Assembly: GCA_048940805.1 (NCBI GenBank)
Contig: JBHLOF010000004.1
Location: forward strand, 33,946 to 97,945
Length of the DNA: 64,000 nucleotides
Source of the DNA: Promethearchaeota archaeon
GTDB lineage: Archaea; Asgardarchaeota; Lokiarchaeia; Sigyniarchaeales; SOKP01
Direction of reading: 5' to 3'
A program made the position numbers and the translations under genes. The notes beneath the pieces are model-generated. The model was not told the DNA's origin, did not search any database, and worked only from the letters and a program-made list of their open reading frames with translations. Below are positions 28,314-38,580 of this stretch, one piece after another; positions within the stretch are counted from its first letter, which is position 1; each line of letters opens with the position of its first letter.

Positions 28314-29576
28314 TTATTTATCCTTGCTTTTATCTTCCAAAATCTGGAGACTTTCTTCCATTATTTTGAACCCTTTGTCTAAATCTTCATCCTTTATTAT
28401 TAGTGGCATAAGCAATCTTATAGTATTTCCAAACTTACCACATGTTAGAATTACCAAGCCTTTCTTATGACACAAATTAACCATTTCTACAGCTTTATCT
28501 TTAGCAGGTTGTTTTGTTTTGGGTTCAATTATTTCAAAAGCCATCATTGATCCCATTCCATTTATATTACCAATGATATCAAAATCCTTTTGCCAAGTTT
28601 TTAGTTGTTTGAATATCTTTTTTCCTAAAATTTCCGCTTTATTCAATAAATTTTCTTCTTCAAAAATTTCTAAAACAGCTAATGCAGCTCTACAAGCAAC
28701 AGGATTTCCACTAAAAGTGCCACCCAACCCTCCTATATGAGGTGAATCCATAATTTCTTTACGCCCTATTATAGCACTTAAAGGCAATCCTGCAGCTAAA
28801 CTTTTTGCCAAAACTATAATGTCTGGGACAACATTCCAATGATCTACAGCGAACATCTTTCCTGTTCGACCCATACCTGACTGAATCTCGTCTGCGATGA
28901 ACAAGATTCCATATTCTTGGCATATTTCCGCTAATTTTGGGAAGAAGTTAGATGACGGTGCAATAAATCCCCCTTCTCCCTGAACGGGTTCTGCTATTAT
29001 TGCAGCTACAGATTCTGGAGCAATATGATCAATTAAAAAGGTCTCAAAGAGATCAGTATCACCATAAGGGATTCGATAAATCTCTGGGGCAAATGGTCCA
29101 AAACCTAATTTATACGGTTTTACTTTGCTTGTAAGACTCATACCCATGAGTGTTCTCCCATGAAAGGCATTTTCAAATGTAATTATCCCTTGTCGTTTAG
29201 TATAATATCGAGCTATTTTTATAGCATTTTCTACAGCCTCAGCACCACTATTTGCGAAGAAGGCCATTTTTGGAAAATCCCCAGGCGTAATCTCACATAA
29301 TTTTTTTGCTAATTTTATATATGGTTCGTACATTGCGACATGAAAGCATGTATGAAGATATTTTTCCGTTTGATCTTTAATGGCATCCACAACTTTAGGA
29401 TGACAATGACCAACATTGAGTGTTGCTATACCTCCTGCAAAATCTATCATTTCAAAACCCTCAACATCTATCATTTTTGCTCCACTAGCTCTTTCTATAA
29501 AAGAAGGAATGGTGTTATAAACTGCTTTGGGTACATACTGATTGCGTAAAACTAGTAAATCTTCATTTCTTGTCAT
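28314..29576 (-). CDS. class III PLP-dependent aminotransferase (GabT/ArgD/LysJ-like)
   Basis: 'NSGAEAVENAIK', 'FIADEIQSGMGRTG', and the PLP-Lys context 'DIIVLAKSLAAGLP'. Confidence 0.9.
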   Translation of the reverse strand: MTRNEDLLVLRNQYVPKAVYNTIPSFIERASGAKMIDVEGFEMIDFAGGIATLNVGHCHPKVVDAIKDQTEKYLHTCFHVAMYEPYIKLAKKLCEITPGDFPKMAFFANSGAEAVENAIKIARYYTKRQGIITFENAFHGRTLMGMSLTSKVKPYKLGFGPFAPEIYRIPYGDTDLFETFLIDHIAPESVAAIIAEPVQGEGGFIAPSSNFFPKLAEICQEYGILFIADEIQSGMGRTGKMFAVDHWNVVPDIIVLAKSLAAGLPLSAIIGRKEIMDSPHIGGLGGTFSGNPVACRAALAVLEIFEEENLLNKAEILGKKIFKQLKTWQKDFDIIGNINGMGSMMAFEIIEPKTKQPAKDKAVEMVNLCHKKGLVILTCGKFGNTIRLLMPLIIKDEDLDKGFKIMEESLQILEDKSKDK

Positions 29577-29708
29577 AATCTCAATTTCTCATAATTTAGA
29601 TTTTGTATTTATTTTATCAATTATATTTTCATATATTTTTTCCTAAAAAAGATTTGATAAATCATAACGAAAATTGATATAAGATAAGTCAAATTCTTTT
29701 TAGTCACT

Positions 29709-30497
29709 ATGGAATTATTTTCAATTAAGCTTCCCCTCATTAAAGAATATGATGATTTATTAACAATCATCATTGAGAATATCAGGGAAAAATATGAAAC
29801 TTTGAAAGAAGGAGACGTCATAGTCATCGCAGAAAAAGTTATAGCTACTTCACAGGGAAGAGTGGTGCGTTTATCTGAGGTGACTGATATTTCAGAAAGA
29901 GCAAGTGAATTAGCAAAAGAATATGATATGGATGATCGGTTTGTAGAGCTTATATTAAGAGAATCTTCTATGATATTAGGCGGGATGACTCATGTTATAT
30001 TAGCGCAAGTTAATGATTTTTTAATCGCAAATGCGGGAATTGATCAATCGAACGCAGGACCGGGTAATGTTGTTCTTCTACCAAAAGATCTGGATAAGGT
30101 TGTATGGGAATATTGGGAAGTATTAAGAAAAGAATTCGATATCGATAATTTGGGAGTAATAATCTCAGATTCGAGAGTTCAACCCCTTAGAAAAGGTACT
30201 ATTGGAATAGCGATAGCAACAGCGGGATTTGAACCTGTGGAGGATTTAATAGGGAAACCAGATCTTTTTAATAGGCCAATGGAAATAACTATGAGAGCAA
30301 TAGCAGATGATCTTACAAGTGCAGCTCAATTTCTTCTTAGTGAAGCTGATCAACAAACTCCTGTTGTTATCATTAGAGACAGTCAAGTGGAGTTTACTGA
30401 AAATCCTAAAACAACACCAGAGATGGCCCCAGAGAGATGTTTATATATGAACATCTTCTCAAAATACTTACTAGAAAAGGGTAAAAAAGTAGGATAA
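29709..30497 (+). CDS. CofE-like (F420-0:gamma-glutamyl ligase family) protein
   Basis: 'EGDVIVIAEKVIATSQGR' and 'ANAGIDQSNA' are characteristic of the CofE fold. Confidence 0.65.
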   Translation: MELFSIKLPLIKEYDDLLTIIIENIREKYETLKEGDVIVIAEKVIATSQGRVVRLSEVTDISERASELAKEYDMDDRFVELILRESSMILGGMTHVILAQVNDFLIANAGIDQSNAGPGNVVLLPKDLDKVVWEYWEVLRKEFDIDNLGVIISDSRVQPLRKGTIGIAIATAGFEPVEDLIGKPDLFNRPMEITMRAIADDLTSAAQFLLSEADQQTPVVIIRDSQVEFTENPKTTPEMAPERCLYMNIFSKYLLEKGKKVG

Positions 30498-30499
30498 TA

Positions 30500-30991
30500 T
30501 TAATTTCCAGAAGATTTTATAATTGTTTTTTTTCTAAAATCATATCTATTTCTAATGTAACTACCAAGAACTCCACCAATTGCTCCACCCAAAATTCTTG
30601 GCAACGTCTGAAACGGGAAATAGATCCCAAATACAAAAATTATAAAGTAAATAGAAGGATACGTCAAATTCATTGCCAATAACATTCCTATTGCCCCGCT
30701 TAGTGCCCCTATTTTTGTATCAGGGCTAAATATACCCGCCGTAATTCCACAAATAAAACAAAACAAAAAATATCCTACAAATTGTAAGGAAAATAAATAA
30801 AATAGCCATCCTGAAAAATTAACATCAATAATGATATAAAAAATAGCTGATACAAAAATTCCAAGGAAAAGATTTTTGTCATGAAATTTTCTATGAAGTA
30901 AATATAAGAACAGAAACAATATAGCAACATAAATAGGAACCAAAATAATAGCAGAAGGGTCCAGGGGAATTATGAGTAGATAGAATATCAA
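30500..30991 (-). CDS. small polytopic membrane protein
   Basis: Four to five hydrophobic segments. No family was recognised. Confidence 0.5.
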   Translation of the reverse strand: MIFYLLIIPLDPSAIILVPIYVAILFLFLYLLHRKFHDKNLFLGIFVSAIFYIIIDVNFSGWLFYLFSLQFVGYFLFCFICGITAGIFSPDTKIGALSGAIGMLLAMNLTYPSIYFIIFVFGIYFPFQTLPRILGGAIGGVLGSYIRNRYDFRKKTIIKSSGN

Positions 30992-31146
30992 CTTTGTATT
31001 AGATAATATTGTAAAACGATTATAATTAGGAGCTGAAATTATTCATTGATATATAAAGCTTATTTGATTTTTGAAAAATGGGGTTGTTTATCAGAAAAAC
31101 TTTTTTGAAATCAATAACAAGATAGGATATAGTCAATGCAAAATTC

Positions 31147-32460
31147 TTGAATAAAAAGATGAAAGATTCTAAATTCATTACGATTAAAGAAGCTTTGGAA
31201 AGTAATGCCTCTCAAGTGAACCTGAGAGGGTGGGTATATAGAGAACGAAAATCAAACAAATTTGTTTTTATTGTGTTAAGAGACGGATCAGATATCATTC
31301 AGTGCGTTATCTCAAAAAGCAAAAATCCAGTGATTTTTGAGGCCGCTGAGAAATTAACAATTGAATCTTCAGTTAAAATTTCGGGTGAATTAAAAAAGGA
31401 TGAAAGGGCGCCTACGGGGTTTGAAGTGTCGGTTAATGATTTAGAGGTTATTCAAATTGCTGAACCCTTTCCAATCACCGAGTATCAATCACCTGAACTA
31501 TTATATGATAATCGTCATTTATGGTTAAGATCACGGAGATTAAGTTCAATTTTAAAAATTCGTCATACAATAGTTGGAGCTATTCACAAATTCTTTAGAA
31601 AGAATGGATATTATGAATTTGATGCGCCAATTTTCCAACCTAGTATGTCGGAAGGTGGATCAACATTATTTGAAGTCAAATATTTTAAGGATAAAGTATA
31701 TCTTAGTCAATCATGGCAATTATATGCAGAAGCAGGAATATTTTCTTTAGGGAAAATTTATAATATGGGGCCCACCTTCAGAGCAGAAAAATCAAAAACA
31801 TCAAGACATTTATCTGAATTTTGGATGGCAGAAATGGAAGCAGCATTTATGCAGCTAGATGAGGTTACAGAAGTTGCCAAAGATGAAATACGTTTTATTA
31901 TTCAACAAGTGTTGAAGCATAATAAAAAGGAACTGGAAATATTGGAAAGAGATATCAGTTTATTAGAAGAATATGCTAAGACAAAATATCCAACAATTAA
32001 ATATTCTGAAGCTTTAGATATATTGAATAAAAAATACAATATGAATGTTCCTTGGGGTAAGGATCTAAGAACTAATGAAGAAGCTAAAATTGCTGAACAT
32101 TTTAAGGTCCCAGTTGTGGTAACTCATTATCCTACTGAAATAATGGGTTTTTATAAACCACCTAGTGATGAGAATTCTAAGGAAGCACTATGTTTTGATA
32201 TGTTGGCTCCGGAGGGTTATTGTGAGATTATAGGAGGGTCAGAAAGAAGTTTACTTGTAGACAATATGAAAGAACGGTTAAGTGCAGAAGGAGAAGATCC
32301 AGAAACATATTTCTGGTATTTTGATCTGAGACGATACGGTAGTGTTCCTCACTCTGGTTATGGTGTGGGTGTTGAAAGAGTAGTTTCTTGGATATGTGGA
32401 TTAGACAACATAAAAGATGCTATTCCCTTCCCGAGGACTATGCTACGAAAGACTCCGTAA
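31147..32460 (+). CDS. asnS: asparaginyl-tRNA synthetase (class IIb)
   Basis: OB-fold N-terminus, motif 2 'GPTFRAEKSKTSRHLSEFWMAEME', motif 3 'GYGVGVERVV', and C-terminus 'IPFPRT'. An alternative ATG lies at 31159. Confidence 0.85.
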   Translation: MNKKMKDSKFITIKEALESNASQVNLRGWVYRERKSNKFVFIVLRDGSDIIQCVISKSKNPVIFEAAEKLTIESSVKISGELKKDERAPTGFEVSVNDLEVIQIAEPFPITEYQSPELLYDNRHLWLRSRRLSSILKIRHTIVGAIHKFFRKNGYYEFDAPIFQPSMSEGGSTLFEVKYFKDKVYLSQSWQLYAEAGIFSLGKIYNMGPTFRAEKSKTSRHLSEFWMAEMEAAFMQLDEVTEVAKDEIRFIIQQVLKHNKKELEILERDISLLEEYAKTKYPTIKYSEALDILNKKYNMNVPWGKDLRTNEEAKIAEHFKVPVVVTHYPTEIMGFYKPPSDENSKEALCFDMLAPEGYCEIIGGSERSLLVDNMKERLSAEGEDPETYFWYFDLRRYGSVPHSGYGVGVERVVSWICGLDNIKDAIPFPRTMLRKTP

Positions 32461-32529
32461 AGCTAAACAAGTGGAGCCAAATAAGAGTAATTAAATAGAT
32501 CCTTTTCCTTAATTATTTAAAAGTGTGGT

Positions 32530-34011
32530 TTGTGTGAAATGAAACTCTATGAATATATGGCATATGAACTCATTGAGAAGATAAAAAATAACGAAATAAC
32601 GATTGAAAATGTTATTCAACGAGTTTATGAAAGAATAGAGGAAACTGATCATAAAATACATTCATTTGTTTATTTATCGAAGGAAAAGGCAATAACTAAG
32701 GCTCAAAAGTTAGACGATAACTTAAAAAATGGTAGGAATATCGGAAAGCTATATGGCTTACCCATAGCAGTAAAGGATCTTATCTGTATAAAAGATAGTC
32801 CGACTACTTGTGGTTCCAAGATTTTGCAAAATTACTATCCTCCTTATAATGCTACTATAATTGAAAATTTGATTGAAAGAGAAGATGCAATTTGTGTTGG
32901 GAGAACAAATATGGATGAATTTGCAATGGGTTCTTCAACTGAAAATAGTAGCTATGGTCCAACTTTAAATCCATGGAATTTAACTCATGTACCAGGAGGA
33001 TCGAGTGGTGGCTCAGGGGCATGTGTAGCATCAGGTCAAACACCGGTCTCTTTAGGAAGTGATACTGGTGGAAGTATAAGATGTCCCGCGTCCTATTGTG
33101 GGGTAGTAGGATTAAAGCCTACATATGGGAGAGTTTCTAGATATGGTTTAGTCTCATATGCGAATTCGTTGGATCAAATTGGCCCTTTATCGAGATGTGT
33201 GTATGATACAGCATTACTATTAGAAATTATTGCGGGGGTTGATCCTTTAGATTCTACAACGGTAGATGTCAAAGTGGATAATTATACGGAGTTACTCGAA
33301 CAACCAATAGATAATATGACAATTGGTGTTCCAAAAGAATTCCTAGGGGACGGGATAGAAAAGAGTGTAAAGGATAAGGTTAATAGCGCAATTGAGAAAA
33401 TTTGCAGTCTAGGTGTGAAAAAAATTGAAATTTCATTTCCACATTTAGAGTACGCCATCCCGACATATTATCTAATAGCTATGAGTGAAGCAAGTTCGAA
33501 TTTAGCTAGATATGATGGATTAAGATACGGTTTAATGAGTGATAATACTAAAGGAGATGTTTATGATGTGTATAGTCAAACACGGAATGAGAAATTTGGT
33601 GCTGAGGTAAGACGGAGAGTTATTTTAGGAAGTTATGCTCTTTCTGCTGGTTATTATGATATGTTCTATATGAAAGCATTAAAAGTGAGGTCTGTAATTA
33701 AGAAAGATTTTCAAAAGGCTTTTGAAAAATGTGATGTGATTGTTAGTCCTACGATGCCTACTCCTGCTTTCAAAATTGGTGAACTTTTAGATGACCCTTT
33801 GCAAATGTATTTAATGGACGTTTTGACTTGCCCCGTTAATCTTGCAGGGTTACCTGCTCTTTCAATACCATGTGGATTTGATAATAAAGAACTCCCCATA
33901 GGTTTTCAAATAATAGGTAACTATTTTGATGAAAAATCAATTCTTAATGTTGGATATCTCCTTGAACGAGATTTAAATATTTACAGAAAAATAGCCCCTT
34001 TGAATAACTAA
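32530..34011 (+). CDS. gatA: aspartyl/glutamyl-tRNA amidotransferase subunit A
   Basis: Amidase signature 'GGSSGGSGA...GSDTGGSIR'. The ATG at 32539 is a more likely start than TTG 32530. Confidence 0.9.
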   Translation: MCEMKLYEYMAYELIEKIKNNEITIENVIQRVYERIEETDHKIHSFVYLSKEKAITKAQKLDDNLKNGRNIGKLYGLPIAVKDLICIKDSPTTCGSKILQNYYPPYNATIIENLIEREDAICVGRTNMDEFAMGSSTENSSYGPTLNPWNLTHVPGGSSGGSGACVASGQTPVSLGSDTGGSIRCPASYCGVVGLKPTYGRVSRYGLVSYANSLDQIGPLSRCVYDTALLLEIIAGVDPLDSTTVDVKVDNYTELLEQPIDNMTIGVPKEFLGDGIEKSVKDKVNSAIEKICSLGVKKIEISFPHLEYAIPTYYLIAMSEASSNLARYDGLRYGLMSDNTKGDVYDVYSQTRNEKFGAEVRRRVILGSYALSAGYYDMFYMKALKVRSVIKKDFQKAFEKCDVIVSPTMPTPAFKIGELLDDPLQMYLMDVLTCPVNLAGLPALSIPCGFDNKELPIGFQIIGNYFDEKSILNVGYLLERDLNIYRKIAPLNN

Positions 34012-34021
34012 GGAATTTAAA

Positions 34022-35473
34022 ATGAGTTCAAACTATCAAGATGTTATCATTGGTTTAGAAGTCCATATTCAACTTACTAATTTAAAAACTAAATTATTTT
34101 GTAGTTGCAATGCTAACTATCGAGGAGCTGAACCAAATACGTATAATTGTCCTGTTTGTCTTGGACTGCCAGGATCATTACCTACAATAAACAAAAAAGC
34201 TATTGAATATGCTACAAGACTTGCCATAGCACTAGATTGCAAGATAAATGATGTAATGTACTTCTTTCGTAAAAATTATTTCTATGTGGACCTACCTAAA
34301 GGTTTCCAAATCAGCCAATATAATAAAGCAGGAGGAAGAGCTTTTGGGGATGGAGGAAAAATCACAGTTAAGTTAAATGGAACTAAAAAAGATATACAAC
34401 TTAACAGAATTCATTTGGAGGAAGACCCTGCACGATTAGTACATAAAGGATCTATTTCAACATCCCCCTACACGTTGGTGGATTATAATCGATCAGGTGT
34501 TTGCCTTATTGAAATCGTAAGTGAACCTGTTATAAATTCTCCGGAAGAAGCAAGGGAATTTCTTAAGCAATTAAAATCGATAGTACAATATACTGAAATA
34601 TCAGATTTGGATTTACCTGGAGCTGCTCGAGTTGATGCAAATATATCAATTAAGGGACATAAGCGCAGTGAAGTTAAAAATATTAATAGTTTTAAAGAAG
34701 TTGAGCGAGCTTTAAAATGGGAGATTCAACGGCAAAGAAATTTGATAAAACGAGGTAAAGAATTAACTCAAGAGACTCGACATTGGGATGATAAGAGGAG
34801 AATAACGATTTCTTTAAGAACAAAAGAATTTGAAGAAGATTATCGCTACTTCCCTGAACAAGATTTAGTTCCAATAAAAATTAGTCATGAATTCATACAA
34901 GAAGTTATGGATGACTTACCGGAAATGCCGAACGAAAGATCGGTTAGGCTTAGCAGAGACTATAATCTGTCCGAATTTGATTCAGATAATCTAGTATTAG
35001 ATAAAGATATAGCAGATTTTTATGAGGATGGAGTAAATCTAGATCCATCATTTGGTCCTACGGAATTTAAACAGTTTTGCAATTGGGTTATGAATGATGT
35101 CTCCCGCAGATTAAACGAACAAAATAAGACCCTAAAAGACACAAAATTAAAACCAAAGCAATTAGTTGATTTAATTCACTTCATTAAAGATGGAAAAATA
35201 ACTACCAAAATAGCTAAATCCCTAATAGATGAAATGATGATGGGCACATCGGTTTCAAAGATTGTTGAAACAAAAGGCAAAAAAAGAATTTCGAACGAAG
35301 AAATCATAGAAAAGTATAGTGTAGAAGTAATAGAGGAGAACCCAAATATAGTAGAAGATTTCCGTGAAAATCCAAAAGCTATTGAAGCTTTGATAGGTAG
35401 GGTTATGGGGAAAACTAAAGGTCAAGCAGACCCGGAAATAACCAGAAAAATAATGAGAAAACTTCTTGAATAA
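34022..35473 (+). CDS. gatB: aspartyl/glutamyl-tRNA amidotransferase subunit B
   Basis: 'VIIGLEVHIQL', 'CPVCLGLPGSLP', 'IHLEEDPARL' and 'DYNRSGVCLIEIVSEP'. C-terminal GatB/YqeY tail. Confidence 0.9.
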   Translation: MSSNYQDVIIGLEVHIQLTNLKTKLFCSCNANYRGAEPNTYNCPVCLGLPGSLPTINKKAIEYATRLAIALDCKINDVMYFFRKNYFYVDLPKGFQISQYNKAGGRAFGDGGKITVKLNGTKKDIQLNRIHLEEDPARLVHKGSISTSPYTLVDYNRSGVCLIEIVSEPVINSPEEAREFLKQLKSIVQYTEISDLDLPGAARVDANISIKGHKRSEVKNINSFKEVERALKWEIQRQRNLIKRGKELTQETRHWDDKRRITISLRTKEFEEDYRYFPEQDLVPIKISHEFIQEVMDDLPEMPNERSVRLSRDYNLSEFDSDNLVLDKDIADFYEDGVNLDPSFGPTEFKQFCNWVMNDVSRRLNEQNKTLKDTKLKPKQLVDLIHFIKDGKITTKIAKSLIDEMMMGTSVSKIVETKGKKRISNEEIIEKYSVEVIEENPNIVEDFRENPKAIEALIGRVMGKTKGQADPEITRKIMRKLLE

Positions 35474-35516
35474 GAGAAAATAATACTTTAATAGAATTGA
35501 ATAATGAAATAAAAAA

Positions 35517-37175
35517 ATGATTGAAAATTCGAAAAAAAAACCAGAACATTGGATTGATCAATTAACAACTGATGTAATAAAGAATTGGCCAGGAATTAAA
35601 AGTTTTAATTGTAATAGTGGTCTTTCGGTATCGGGAGTTTGCCATGTTGGGAATTTAAGAGGTGAAATAGTTCTTACCAATGCTGTTGCAAACGAACTCA
35701 ATGCACGAGGTTATGAAGTCACTCATTATTTGATTTTATATACTTCTGACCCTTGGAAAGCTAAAAAATCACAATTAGATTTATATGAAGATCCCAAAAA
35801 GGCAGAAGAATACAAAAACTGGAGATTAATCGATGTTCCTTCTCCAATCAATCCAAATCTAAATTGGATAGATGAGTATTGGAAAGATTTTGGGGACCCA
35901 TTGCCTAATTTTGGACGTGACATTAAGATTATTCGCACCCATGAGTTATATCAGGAAGAAAGGATGAAAGAAGTTGTAATTAAGTTAATTAGCAAAAAAG
36001 ACCAAATTAGAAAAATTATAAACAAATATCGAAAAGAAAAGCCTTTCCCCAAAGATTGGATTCCAATTGTACCATTTTGTGAATCTTGTAATCGAATAGG
36101 AACATCAGAAGCTTTAGAGGTTGATATGAAAACGTATCAGGTCCGGTATTTCTGTAATGTATGTAAGAAAGAAGATTGGTCAGATATTAGCAAAGGTAAA
36201 TTGAACTGGAGACTTGAATGGGTGGCATTCTGGTATATTCTTAACGTCCATTTTGAACCTTATGGAAAAGATCTAGCAACTCCAGGAGGTGCTAGAGATA
36301 GTGGTTTAGAAATTGTGGAAACTATTTTAAATCACAGAGGTCCTTATGGTTTCTGGAATGAATGGGTTGGCTATTCTGAAGGTCGAACAGATTTTGGGGA
36401 TATGACAGGTTCTGGTTTTATAGGATTTACACCAACTGAGTGGCTTGAATTTGCTGAAGCAGAAGTACTTAAGTATATCTATCTAAAAACTCCACCTAGA
36501 AGACGGATTATACTCGGTTTAGATAAAATTCCTAGTTATATTTCAGAATATGACAGAGCTCAGAGAATCTATTATGGAATCGAATCATTTGAAGAACCAA
36601 ACGAACTTCACACGATAAGACGGAGCTATGAAATTGTATTTTATAACACACCACCTCAATACCGGGGATTTCAATTAGATTACCAGCATGCAATAATATT
36701 ATCTCAATTAATTACTCCAGATCAAGATGGGATTTCACAAGCTATTCAAAAACTAATGACTACGGAAATTTTGAAAGAGGAACCATCGGAGGAAATCATT
36801 GAACACATTAAATTGCGTCTGAATCAAGGTCGAAATTGGATAAATTCTAGTTATGCCCCAAGTCATTTGAAAATTCGATTGGAAGAAGAATTCTCAAGAA
36901 GCAATTTGGAGCAATATGATATAAAAATACGTAATTTAATCCCCAACCTCGCAAAATCTCTCGAAGGAACAAAATGGACTGAAGAAGGGATAAAAAAAGA
37001 AATGATGGATTTAAAAGAAAAAGTAGGATTATCAAGAAAAGAAATGACTCAATTTTTTCAGATCTTATACCAAATCTTTCTAGGGAATACAAAAGGACCT
37101 CGATTAGCACCATTTTTAGCGACATTGGAGAAAGATTGGGTTATCAATAAACTTCAAGACGCTAAAGATTCTTAA
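35517..37175 (+). CDS. lysK: class I lysyl-tRNA synthetase-like protein (divergent KMSKS region)
   Basis: 'SGLSVSGVCHVGNLRGE' HIGH-type motif, Zn-knuckle insertion 'CESCN...CNVCK', and C-terminal 'PRLAPFLATL'. The KMSKS-equivalent position reads 'DMTGS'. Confidence 0.7.
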   Translation: MIENSKKKPEHWIDQLTTDVIKNWPGIKSFNCNSGLSVSGVCHVGNLRGEIVLTNAVANELNARGYEVTHYLILYTSDPWKAKKSQLDLYEDPKKAEEYKNWRLIDVPSPINPNLNWIDEYWKDFGDPLPNFGRDIKIIRTHELYQEERMKEVVIKLISKKDQIRKIINKYRKEKPFPKDWIPIVPFCESCNRIGTSEALEVDMKTYQVRYFCNVCKKEDWSDISKGKLNWRLEWVAFWYILNVHFEPYGKDLATPGGARDSGLEIVETILNHRGPYGFWNEWVGYSEGRTDFGDMTGSGFIGFTPTEWLEFAEAEVLKYIYLKTPPRRRIILGLDKIPSYISEYDRAQRIYYGIESFEEPNELHTIRRSYEIVFYNTPPQYRGFQLDYQHAIILSQLITPDQDGISQAIQKLMTTEILKEEPSEEIIEHIKLRLNQGRNWINSSYAPSHLKIRLEEEFSRSNLEQYDIKIRNLIPNLAKSLEGTKWTEEGIKKEMMDLKEKVGLSRKEMTQFFQILYQIFLGNTKGPRLAPFLATLEKDWVINKLQDAKDS

Positions 37176-37199
37176 AATTTTGAAAAAAGAGAAAAAAAA

Positions 37200-37562
37200 C
37201 TAGAGAAGATTTTTTATTTCTGAACTAGCAGCATCCAATTTTAAATTTATAATACCAAGTTTTGCTTCTTTTGTGGTAATTATTGTGAGAATATTTCCCT
37301 CAATCTCACTAAAAAGTATTTTTCCTTTTTCAGACTCAATAATAGCGCTGAAAAATTGCCCTTGTTCTAATTCTTTTGTAGCTCTTTGGCTAGCCTTTAA
37401 AATTAAAGTCACCATAGCAGCAACTGCTTCAGGATCGACCCATCCTGGGAGAGCACTCCCCTTAATTAAGCCAAATTTTTCGATAAGAGCTGCTCCATGA
37501 ACTCCTTTTATTGCTTTTAGAGAATCTAAGATATGTGTTAACCTTTCACTCATCTGACTCAT
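37200..37562 (-). CDS. Roadblock/LC7/MglB-family protein
   Basis: 120 aa. 'LKAIKGVHGAALIEKFGLIKGSALP...AAMVTLILKASQRATKEL..G..ILFSEIEGNILTIIT' fits the Roadblock alpha-beta-alpha layout. Confidence 0.8.
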   Translation of the reverse strand: MSQMSERLTHILDSLKAIKGVHGAALIEKFGLIKGSALPGWVDPEAVAAMVTLILKASQRATKELEQGQFFSAIIESEKGKILFSEIEGNILTIITTKEAKLGIINLKLDAASSEIKNLL

Positions 37563-37788
37563 ACCAATTGTTATAGTGAGATATAAAATTTATTGTAATT
37601 ATATATACAAATCCTTCTTAAAAAAACTAATTGTCATCCTATTTATTTTCTTGATTGGGAAATCTTAAAAGAAATTATCAAAATCATTATTTCTTATTTA
37701 AGCACCTCTGAATATCTCATTTATGAGATAAACATAAATATTCAAATTAGGATTTTTATTATAACAGAGTTAAACTCTACCTTATTAT

Positions 37789-38580
37789 GTGGGGATAATG
37801 GGAAACGAAATAGATAAAGCAAAAAAAGTGTTTAAAGCGGGTTTTGAAGCATTAAGTGATTATTTCGATGAGAAACGTTCAGATATAGTTGTAGAGGATG
37901 AAAAAAGAGCTAAAAAAGGAAAAGTCGCATTAGCAAAATTCTCAAAGGGATTAATAGGAAAGACAGATAAAATAAATTTTAGAATTCTAATTGGACATAA
38001 AAAACAGATTGGAGATATTATTTATGAGGCAATATATCTAAGTGATAAAAAAGAACCTCGAATCTATGTTTATGAAATTAATAAAGGAAAACCATGCAAT
38101 ACAATCCTAATGAATTTTAAGGAGGAAGATTGGAATGGTTATAAGAAAGTTCAAAAATACAAGTCGTTGACTAAATTCTTAGAAATTGTGTATAAAGAAG
38201 GTATTTACTATAAAGAGAAAAAGGAGAAAAAAGAAGAAGCCTTAAATCGATTAGTCAAGGGCTTAAAACGTTCTTTAGAAGCAGTTGGGGACGATGAAAA
38301 ATCAAAGAAGGGTAGTAATAGTCCAATTGCAGTAAAAATTGCAAAAGTTGTTGCTGTAGCAGCAGTAACAACTATAGTATCTGCAGCCTTAACTCCCGCG
38401 GTCAGTGTTATTGCAGAGGAAGTAGTTGGAGGTGGGACTATCGGAGGAGATGTGATTGGACAAGCAGGAGAAGCAGCAGTACAAGGTCTTAAAAACTTAG
38501 CTGATCCTACAAAACTAGCTAGGAAGGTAATTACCAAAGTGATAACCAAAGGTAAAGATATACCTGGTGCTGATAGATAA
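37789..38580 (+). CDS. hypothetical protein with Ala/Val/Gly-rich hydrophobic C-terminal segment
   Basis: 263-aa ORF (ATG at 37798). It has a charged helical N-terminus and the hydrophobic stretch 'IAVKIAKVVAVAAVTTIVSAALTPAVSVIA'. It is divergent from the Roadblock gene. Confidence 0.45.
   Translation: MGIMGNEIDKAKKVFKAGFEALSDYFDEKRSDIVVEDEKRAKKGKVALAKFSKGLIGKTDKINFRILIGHKKQIGDIIYEAIYLSDKKEPRIYVYEINKGKPCNTILMNFKEEDWNGYKKVQKYKSLTKFLEIVYKEGIYYKEKKEKKEEALNRLVKGLKRSLEAVGDDEKSKKGSNSPIAVKIAKVVAVAAVTTIVSAALTPAVSVIAEEVVGGGTIGGDVIGQAGEAAVQGLKNLADPTKLARKVITKVITKGKDIPGADR

Noticed and set aside
37798-37806. An 'MGN' N-terminus resembling a eukaryotic N-myristoylation signal.
   Set aside because: Met-Gly alone is far too unspecific, and the sequence gives no evidence for N-myristoyltransferase activity.
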